Below are positions 48,271-64,000 of a stretch of DNA of 64,000 nt, in pieces; positions within the stretch are counted from its first letter, which is position 1, and every line of letters begins with the position of its first letter. A program made the position numbers and the translations under genes. The notes under the pieces were generated by a model. It was not told the origin of the DNA, made no database searches, and saw only the letters and a program-made list of their open reading frames with translations. This DNA comes from the human T2T-CHM13v2.0 reference genome, Homo sapiens, in assembly GCF_009914755.1 (NCBI RefSeq), contig NC_060925.1; one strand, written 5' to 3'.

Positions 48271-51200
48271 AGGATCTGCCTACAGGATGCTTTGTGACAT
48301 ATCCCTGCAATGATCACCCAGGTGATGTACTACTTGTCAAGGCTCTGCCTACAGGGACATTGTGACGTATCTCTACAATGATCACCTAGGTCATGTAACT
48401 CTTGTCTAGGCTCTCCCTAAAGTGGCATTGTGACATATCTCCGCACTGATCATCCAAGTGATGTAACACTTGTCTAGGATCTGCCTAAAGGGATTTTGTG
48501 ACATAACTCTGCACTGATCATCCCAGTTTTGGGGCTTTTGTCTAGGCTCTGCCTAAGGGGGCATTGTGACATATCTCTGCACTGATCACACAGGTGATGT
48601 AACCGTTGTATAAGCTCTGCATACTGGGGAATTGTGAGAGATATCGCCACTGATCACCCAAGTGATGTAACTATTGTCTAGGCTTTGCCTAAAGGGGGTT
48701 TTGTGACATACCTTTGCACTAATCACCCAGGTGATGTAACTCATCTAAGTTCTGCCTACAGAAGTTTTGTGACATATCTCTGCACTGATCACTTAGGTGA
48801 TGTAACACTTTTATAAGCACTGCCTACAGGGAATTTTGACAAATCTCTGTACTGATCACCTAGGTGATGTAACTCTTGTCTACCATCTGCCCAAAGGGGG
48901 CATTGTGAAATATCTCTGCACTAATCACCCAGGTGATTCAACTCCTGTCTAGGATCTGCCTACAGCGGCGTTTTCACATATCCCTGAATTGATGACAAAG
49001 GTGATGTAACTCTTGCCTAGGCTTTGCCTACAGGGGACATTGTGACATATGTCTGCAATGATCACCCAGGTGAGGCAACTCTTCTCTATGCTCTGCCTAC
49101 AGGGGACATTGTGACATATCTCTTCACTGATCACCCAGGTGATGCAGCTCTTCTGTATGCTCTGCCTCCAGGGGGCATTGTGACATATCTCTGCACTGAT
49201 GACCTAAGTGATGTAACACTTGTGTAGGCTCTGCCTACAGGGGAATTTTGACATATCTCCGCACTGTTAACCGAGGTGATGTAACTCTTGTCTAGGCTGT
49301 GCCCACATGGGGATGGAGAACTATCTCTGCCCTGATCCCGAGGTGATCCAACTCTTGCCTAGTCTATGCCTACTGGGGACATTGTGACATATCTCTGCAC
49401 TGATCTCCCAGGTGAGTAACTTTAGTCTAGGCTCTGGATACACGGCATTATGATATATCACTGCACTGATCACCCAGGTGTTATAACTCTTGTCTAGGCT
49501 CTGCCTAAAGGGTTCTTGTGACATATCTCTTCACTGATCACCCTGGTGATTTAACTCTTCTCTAGGATCTGCCTACATGGTGCTCTGTGACATATACCTG
49601 CAGTGATCACCAAGGTGATATACCCCTTGTCAAGGCTGTGCCTACAGGGGCATTGCGATGTATCTCTGCACTGATCACCTAGGTCATGTAACTCTTGTCT
49701 AGGCTCTGCCTACAGTGGCATTGTGACATATCTCTTCACTGATCATCCAGGTGATGTAACTCTTTTCTAGGATCTGCCTACAGGTTGCTTTGTGACATAT
49801 CCCTGCAATGATCACCCAGGTGATGTACCTCTTGTCAAGTCTCTGCCTACAGGGACATTGCGATGTATCTCTGCACTGATCACCTAGATCATGTAAATCT
49901 TGTCTACGCTCTGCCTACAGTGGCATTGTGACATATCTCTGCACTGATCATCTAAGTGATGTAACTCTTGTCTAGGATATGCCTAAAGGGATTTTGTGAC
50001 ATAACTCTGCACTGATCATCCCGGTTTTGGGGATTTTGTCTAGGCTCTGCCTAAGGGGGCATTGTGACATATTTCTGCACTGATCACCCAGGTGACAGAC
50101 TCTTATCTTGGATCTGCCTATGGGGGCATTGTGACATATCTCTGCACTGATCACCCAGGTGATGTAACTGTTGTATAAGCCCTGCTTACAGGGGAATTGT
50201 GAGAGATATCGACCCTTATCACCCAGGTGATGTAAGTATTGTCTAGGCTTTTCCTGCAGGGGGCTTTGTGACATACTTTGCACTGATCACCCAGGTGATG
50301 TAACTCATCTAAGTTCTGCCTACAGGAGCTTTGTGACATATCTCTGCACTGATCACATGGGCGATGTAACACTTTTATAAGCACTGCTTACAGGGAATTT
50401 TGACAAATCCCTGCACTGATCACCTTGGTGATGTAACTCTTGTCTACCCTCTGCCCAAAGGGGGCATTGTGAAATGTCTCTGCACTTATCACCCAGGTGA
50501 TTCAACCCTTGTCTAGGATTTGCCTACAGCGGCGTTTTCACATATCCCTGAACTGGTGACAAAAGTGATGTAACTCTTGCCTTGGCTTTGCCTACAAGGG
50601 ACATTGTGACATATCTCTGCACTGATCACCCAGCTGATGCAACTCTTCCCTATGCTCTGCCTACAGGGGACATTGTGACATATCTCCGCACTGATCACCC
50701 AGGTGATGCAGCTCTTCTGTATGCTCTGCCTCCAGGGGGCATTGTGACATATCTCTGCACTGGTCACCCACGTGATGTAACTCGTCTAGGCTCCGCTTTC
50801 AGGGGGAATTGTCACATATCTCTGCACTGATCACCTAAATGATGTAACACTTGTGTAGGCTCTGCCTACAGGGGCATTGCGATGTATCTCTGCACTGATC
50901 ACCGAGGTCATGTAACACTTGTCTAGGCTCTGCCTACAGTGGCAATGTGACATATCTCTGCACTGATCACCCAGGTGATGTAACTCTTTTCTAGGATCTG
51001 CCTATAGGGACTTTGTGACATAACCCTGCACTGATCATCCAGGTGATGGGGTTTTTGTCTAGGCTCTGCCTAAGGAGGCATTGTGACATATTTCTGCACT
51101 AATCACCCAGGTGACAGACTCCTGTCTTGGATTTGCCATTTGGGGCATTGTGACATATCTCTGCACTGATCACCCAGTTGATGTAACTCTGGTCTAAGCT

Positions 51201-54200
51201 CTGCCTAAAGGGGCATTGTGACATATCTCTGCACTGATCACCCAGGTGATGTAACTGTTGTATAAGCTCTGCCTAAAGGGGAATTGTGAGAGATCATGCC
51301 ACTGATCACCCAAGTGATGTAACTATTGTCTAGGATTTTCCTACAGAGGGCTTTGTGACATACCTTTGCACTGATCACCCAGGTGACGTTACTCATCTAA
51401 GCTCTGCCTACAGGAGCTTTGTGACATATCTCTTCACTGATCACATAGGTGATGTAACACTTTTATAAGCACTACCTACAGGGAATTTTGAAAAATCTCT
51501 GCACTGATCACCTAGGTGATGTAACTCTTGTATACCCTCTGCCCAATGGGGGCATTGTGGAATATCTCTGCACTGATCACCCAGGTGATTCAACTCTTGT
51601 CTAGGATATGCCTACAGGGGGTATTGTGAGATATATCTGCACTGATCAACTAGGTGATGTAAACAGTGTCTAGGCTCTGCCTCCAGGGGCGTTTTCACAT
51701 ATCACTAAACTGATGACAAAGGTGATGTAACTCTTGCCTAGGCTTTACCTACAAGGGACATTGTGACATACCTCTGCACTGATTACCCAGGTGATGCAAC
51801 TCTTCTCTATGCTCTGCCTACAGGGACATTGTGACATATATCTGCACTGATCACCCAGGTGATGCAACTCTTCTCTATGCTCTGCCTACAGGGCGCATTG
51901 TGACGTATCTCTGCACTGATCACCGAGGTGATGCAACTCTTGTCTGGGATCTGCTTACAGGGGGCAGTGTGACATATCTCTGCCCTGATCACCCAGGTGA
52001 TGTAACTCTTGTCTAGGCTCTGCCTACTGGAGACATTGTGACATATCTCCGCAATGATCACCCAGGTGATGTCACTTTTGTCAAGGATGTGGCTACAGGG
52101 ATATTGTGACATGTCACTGTACTGATCACACAGCTGATGTAACTCTTGTCTAGGCTCTGGCTACAGGGGGCTTGTGACACATCTCTGCACTGATCACCCA
52201 GGTGATGTAACCCTTGTCTAGGCTCTTCCAAAAGGGGTCCTTGTGACATAACTCTTCACTGATCACCCAGGTGATGGGACTCTTGTCTAGGCTCTGCCAA
52301 CAGGGACATTGTGACATATCTCTGCAGTGATCACGCAGGTGATATAGCTCTTGTCTATATCTGCCTACTAGCGGCATTGTGGCATGTTTCTGCACTGATC
52401 ACCCAGGTGATGGACTCTTGTCTTGGATCTACCTATGGGAGCATAGTTACATATCTCTGCACTGATGATCACCCGGGTTATGTAACTCTTTTCTAGGCTC
52501 TGCCTATGGGGGCATTGTGACTTATCTATGCACTGATCACCTAGGAGTTGTAACTCTTGTCTAAGCTCTGCCTATAGGGACATTGGGACATATTTCTGCA
52601 CTGATTGCTGAGGTGATGTAAAATTTGTCTAGGCTTTGCCTACAGTGGAATTTATGACATATCTCGGCACTGATCACCCAGGTGATGGAACTCTTGTCTA
52701 GGCTCTACTTACAGGTGGTATTGTGAGATATCTCTGCACTGATCACCCAGGGGATGTAACTCTTGTCTAGGCACTGCCTACAGTTGCATTTTCACATATC
52801 ACTGCACTAATCACCGAGATGATGTAACTCTTGTATAGGCTTCGCCGACAGGGGGCATTGAGACATATTTGTGCACTGATCACCGAGGTGATGCAACTCT
52901 TGACTGGGATCTGCTTACAGGGGACATTGTGACGTATCACTGCCCTGATCACCCAGGTGATGTAACTCTTGTCTAGGCTCTGCCTACTGGAGACATTGTG
53001 ACATATCTCCGCACTGATCACCCAGGTGATGTCACTTTTGTCAGGGATATGGCTACAGGGACATTGTGACATGTCACTGCACTAATCACACAGCTGATGT
53101 AACACTTGTCTAGGCTCTGGCTACAGGGGGCTTGTGACACATCTCTGCACTGATCACCCAGGTGATGTAACCCTTTTCTAGGCTCTACCAAAAGGGGCAT
53201 TGTGACATAACTTTTCACTGATCACCCAGGTGATGGGACACTTGTCTAGTCTCTGCCTACAGGGGCATTGTGACATATCTCTGCAGTGATCACACACGTG
53301 ATGTAACTCTTGTGTATATCTGCCTACTGGCGGCATTGTGGCATATTTATGCACTGATCACCCAGGTGATGGACTCTTGTCTTGGATCTGACTGTGGGGG
53401 CATAGTGACATATCTCGGAACTGATCACTCACGTGATGTAACACTTGTCTAAGCTGGGCCTAAAGGGGAATTGTGACAGATGTCTCCAGTGATCACGGAG
53501 GTTATGTAACAATTTTCTGGGATTTGTCTACAGGGGTCTTTGTGACATATCTTTGCAATTATCACCCAGGAGATGTAACTCATGTCTAGGCTCGGCCTAC
53601 AGGGTCTTTGTGACATATTTCTGCACTGATCACCGAGGAGATGTAACACTTGTTTAGGATCTGCCTACAGGGTCTTTGTGACATATTTCTGTACTGATCA
53701 CCCAGGTGATGTAACTCTTGTTTAGACTCTGCCTAAAGGGGCTTTGTGACATATTTCTGTACTGATCACCCAGGTGATGTAACTCTTGTCTAGGCTCCAC
53801 CTACAGGGTGTATTGTGACTTTTCTCTGCACTGATCACCCAGGTGATGTAACTCTTGTCTAGGCTCCACCTACAGGGTGTATTGTGAGGTATCTCTGCAC
53901 GGATCACCCAGGTGATGTAACATTTATCTAGGCTCTGCCTACAGGGGCGTTTTGACATGGCTCTGCACAGATCACCTATGTTATGTAACTCTTGTCCACT
54001 CTCTGCCTACAGGGAGCATTGTGAAATATCTCTGCACTGATCACCCAGGTGATGGGACTCTTCTCTATAGTCTGCCTAGAGGGGGAATTGTGCCACATCT
54101 CTCCACTGATCACCCAGGTGATGGAAGTCTTGTCTGGGCTCTTTCTATGGGGGCATTGTGTCAAATATCTGCACTGATCACACAGGTGATGTAACTCTTT

Positions 54201-55249
54201 TCTAGACTCTGTCTACAGGGATTTTTGTGATATATCACTGCACTGATCACCTAGGTGATATAACCCTTGTATCGGCTTTGCCTACAGAAGGCTTTGTGAC
54301 ATATCTATGCACTGATCTCTGAGGTGATGCAACTCTTGTCTAGGCACTGCCTGCAGGAGACATTGGTACATATCTCTGCACTGATCACACAGGTGATGGA
54401 CTCTTGTCTTAGATCTGCCTGCATGGACATTGTGACACATCTCTGAACTGATCAACCAAGTGATGAATCTCTGGTCTAGGCTTTGCCTACAGGGGCTTTG
54501 TGACACATCTCTGCACTGATCACCCTGGGGAGGAACTCTTGTCTACGCTCTGCCTACAGGAGGCTTTATGTCTTATACCTGCACTGATAAGCTAGGTGAC
54601 GTAACTATTGTCTAGGCTCTGCCTACACGGGAATTCTCACATATCTCTGCACGGATCACCCAGGTGATGTAACCCTTCACTAAGCTCTGCCTACAGGGGC
54701 ATTGTGACAGATCTCTCCACTGCTCACCCAGGTGATGTAACAATTGTCTGGGCTTTGCCTACAGGGGGCTTTGTGATATACATTTCCACTGATCAAACAA
54801 GTGATGTAACCCTTGTCAAGGTTCTGCTTACAGGGCTTTGTGACATAACTCTGCACTGATCACCCCAGGGAGGAAACACTTGTCTACACTCTGTGTACAG
54901 GAGGCTTTATGACTTACTTATCCCTGCACTGATCACTAGGTAATGTAACACTTGTCTAGGCTCTGTCTACACGGGAATTTTCACATATCTCTACACTGAT
55001 CACCTAAGTGATGTAACCCTTGTCTAGGTTCAGCCTACTGGGGATTTCTGACATACCTATGCACTGATCACCGAGGTGATGTAAATCATTTCCAGGCTTT
55101 TTGTACAGGGGACATTGTGATATATCTCTGCACTGATCTCCCAAATGATGTAAATCTTCTCTAGGCTCCGCAGGGAGGGAGCATTTTGACATATTTCTGA
55201 ACTGATCATCCAGGAGATGTAACTATTCTCCAGGCTTTGACTAAAGAGC
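48271..55249 (-). repeat. Beta satellite block 6
   Basis: 68-bp monomers; orientation reverts to that of blocks 1 and 2. Confidence 0.96.
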
Positions 55250-58004
<2,755 letters not shown>

Positions 58005-61000
58005 ACTCATTTCTGAACTGATCAGCAATGTGATATAACCCTTGTCTAGGCTCTGCCTATAGAGGCATTGTGTCATACCTCTACACTGATCACCCAGGTG
58101 ATGTAACTCTTGTGTTGGATCTGCCCATGGGGGCATTGTGACATATTTCTGCACTGATCACCCAGGTGATGGGACTCTTGACTAGGCTCTGTGTATGGGG
58201 TCTTTGTGACATATCTCTGCAATGATCACCCAGGTGATGTAACCCTTGACTAGGCTCTGCCTACGGGACATAGTGACATATCACTGCATTGATCACCGAG
58301 GTGACGTAACTCTTGTCCAGGATCCGCCTATAGGGGGCCTTGTGACATATCTCTGCACTGATCATCTAGGTGATGTAACTCTTGCTTACGCTCTGCCTGC
58401 AGGGGCATTGTGACATATCTCTGCACTGATCACCCAGCTGATGGGACTCTTCTATAGGCTCTGCCTACTTGGGGCATTGTCACATATTTCTGCACTGATC
58501 ACCCAGGTGACGGACTGTTGTCTTGGATTTGCCTTTGGGGGCATTGTGACATATCTCTGCACTGATCACCCAGGTTATGTAACTCTGGTTTTAGCTCTGC
58601 CTAAAGGGGCATTGTGACAGATTTCTGCACTGATCACTCAGGTGATGGAACTATTGTCTAGGCTCTGCTTAAAGGGGCCTTGTCACATATCTCTGCACTG
58701 AACACCCAGGTGATGTAACTCTTGTCTAGGCTCTGCTTACAGGGGGTATTGTGACATATCTCTGCACTGATCACCTCGGTAATGTAAAACTTGTGTAGGC
58801 TCTGCCTACAGGGGCATTTTGACATATCTCTGCACTGTTAACCGAGGTGATGTAACTCTTGTCTGGGCTGTGCCCACAGGGGGATTGAGACGTATCTCTG
58901 CACGGATCCCGAGGTGATCCAACTCTTGCCTGGTCTCTGCCTACTGGGGACATTGTGACATATCTCTGCACTGATCTCCCAGGTGCTGTAACTTTAATCT
59001 AGGCTCTGGCTACACGGCATTGTGACATAACACTGCACTGATCACCCAGATGATATAACTCTTGTCTAGGCTGTGCCTATACGGGGCTTGTGACATATCT
59101 CTGCACTGATCACCCAGGTGATATAACTCTTCTCTGGGATCTGCTTACAGGGTTCTTTGTGACATATCCCTGCATTGATCACCCAGGTGATATACCACTT
59201 GTCAAGGCTCTGCCTACAGGGGCATTGTGACAGAACTCTGTACTGATCACCCAGGTGATGGGACTCTTGTCTAGGCTCTGCCAACAGTGGCATTGTAACA
59301 TATCCCTGCACTGATCACCCAGGTGATGTAAATCTTTTCTAGGATCTGCCTAAGGTTGCTTTGTGACATATCCCTGCAAAGATCACCCAGGTAATATACC
59401 ACTTGTCAAGGCTCTGACTAAAGGGACATTGCGATGTATCTCTGCACTGATCACCTAGGTCATGTGACTCTAGTCTATGTTCTTCCTACAGTGGCTTTGT
59501 GACATATCTCTGCACTGATCATCCAAGTTATGTAACAATTGTCTAGGATCTGCCTAAAAGGACTTTGTGACATAACTCTGCACTGATCACCCAGGTGTTG
59601 GGGCTTTTTTCTAGGCTCTGCCTAAGGAGGCTTTGTGACATTTTTCTGCACTGATCACCCAGGTGACGGACTCTTGTCTTGGATCTGCCTATGGGGGCAT
59701 TGTGACATATCTCTACACTGATCACCCAGGTGATGTAACTGTTGTATAACCTCTGCCTACAGGGGAATTGTGAGAGATCTCACCACTCATCACCCAAGTG
59801 ATGTAACTATGGTCTAGGCTTTGCCTATAGGGGTCTTTGTGACATACCTTTTCAGTGATCACACAGGTGATATAACTCATCTAAGTTCTGCCTACAGGAG
59901 CTTTGTGGCATATCTCTGCACTGATCTCTTAGGTGATGTAACACTTTTATAAGCACTGCCTACAGGGAATTTTGAAAAATCTCTGCCCTGATCACATAAG
60001 TGATGTAACTCTTTTCTAGGATCTGCCTACAGGGTTCTTTGTGACATATCCCTGCAATGATCACCCAGGTGATGTAGCACTTGTCAAGGCTCTGCCTACA
60101 GGGACATTGCGATGTATCTCTGCATTGATCACCTAGGTCATGTAATACTTGTCTATGCTCTGCCTACAGTGGCATTGTGTCGTATCCCTGCACTGATCAT
60201 CCAAGTGATGTAACACTTGTCTAGGATCTGCCTAAAGGGAATTTGTGACATTACTCTGCACTGATCATCCAGGTGATGGGGCTTTTGTCTATACTCTGCC
60301 TAGAGAGAGATTTGTGACATATCTCTGCACTGATCTCCCAGGTGATGGAAGTCTTGTCTAGGCTCTGTCTATGGGGGCATTTTTTCAAATATCTCCACTG
60401 ATCACCCGGGTGATGTAACTCTTTTCTAGGCTCTGTCTACAGGGATTTTTGTGACATATCACTGCACTGATCACCTAGGTGATGTAAGCCTTGTATGGGC
60501 TTTGCTTACCGAAGGCTTTGTGACATATCTCTGCACTGATCTCTGAGGTGATGCAACTCTTGTCTAGGCACTGCCTACAGGGGACATTGGTATATATCTT
60601 TGCACTGATCCCCCAGGTGATGGACTCCTGTCTTAGATCTGCCTACATGGACATTGTGACACATCTCTGAACTGATCAACCACGTGATGAAACTCTTGTC
60701 TAGGCTCTGCCTACAGGGGCTTTGTGACACATCTCTGCACTGATCACCCTGGGGAGGGAACTCTTGTCTACGCTCTGCCTACAGGAGGCTTTATGACTTA
60801 TACCTGTACTGATAACCTAGGTGATGTAACACTTGTGTAGACTCTGCCTACACTGGAGTTCTCACATATCTCTGCACTGATCACCCGGGTGATGTAACTC
60901 CTGTCTTGGTTCAGCCTACAGGAGCGTTTTGACATATCTCTCAACTGATCACCCAGGTGATGTAACCCTTCACTAAGCTCTGCCTACAGGGGCATTGTGA

Positions 61001-61538
61001 CAGATCTCTCCACTGCTCACCCAGGTGATGTAACTGTTTTCTGGGCTTTGCCTACAGGGTGCTTTCTGATATATGTTTCCACTGATCAGCAGGTGATGTA
61101 ACCCTTCTCAAGGTTCTGCTTACAGGGGCTTTGTGACGTATGTCTACACTGATCACCTCAGGGAGGAAACACTTGTCTACACTCTGCCTATGGGAGGCTT
61201 TACGACTTATCCCTGCACTGATCACTATGTGATGTAACACTTGTCTAGGCTCTGTCTACAAGGGAATTTTCACATATCTCTACACTGATCACCTAAGTGA
61301 TGTAACCCTTGTCTAGGTTCAGCCTACTGGGGATTTCTGACATACCTATGCACTGATAACCGAGGTGATGTAAATCATTTCCAGGCTTTTTGTATAGGGG
61401 ACATTGTGATATATCTCTGCACTGATCACCCAAATGTTGCATATCTTCTCTAGGCTCCACAGGGAGGGGGAATTGTGACATATTTCTGAACTGATCATCC
61501 AGGAGATGTAACTATTCTCCAGGCTTTGACAAAAGAGC
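58005..61538 (-). repeat. Beta satellite block 7
   Basis: 68-bp monomers. Confidence 0.96.

Positions 61539-64000
<2,462 letters not shown>

Overview
Human or great-ape heterochromatic sequence, typical of acrocentric short arms or pericentromeres; the chromosome cannot be fixed from the sequence alone. Bases 1-6613 are HSat3 (CATTC)n. The rest is a composite macrosatellite in which D4Z4/DUX4-like segments (nine copies, labelled A-I) alternate with blocks of 68-bp beta satellite, with a period of about 8.5 kb. Complete units resemble the distal end of the 4qA FSHD locus: promoter/DBE, DUX ORF, exon 2, intron 2, exon 3/pLAM, then beta satellite. A central block of about 20.4 kb (27845-48270; copies E, F, G) is inverted. 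Eight copies are disrupted. Copy B (ATG 15738, minus strand) keeps a 460-aa double-homeodomain ORF with TATAA, GC box and DBE; a 1-bp deletion replaces only its last 16 aa (the LLEEL motif) with a 54-aa tail. The window also shows that exon 3/pLAM is a diverged, ATG-deleted copy of the DUX 5'UTR, and that the position of the FSHD poly(A) signal lies in a beta-satellite monomer that reads GTCACA or GTCAAA here. Comparisons with 4q35 DUX4, DUX1/DUX5 and the DBE rest on recalled sequences and need checking.
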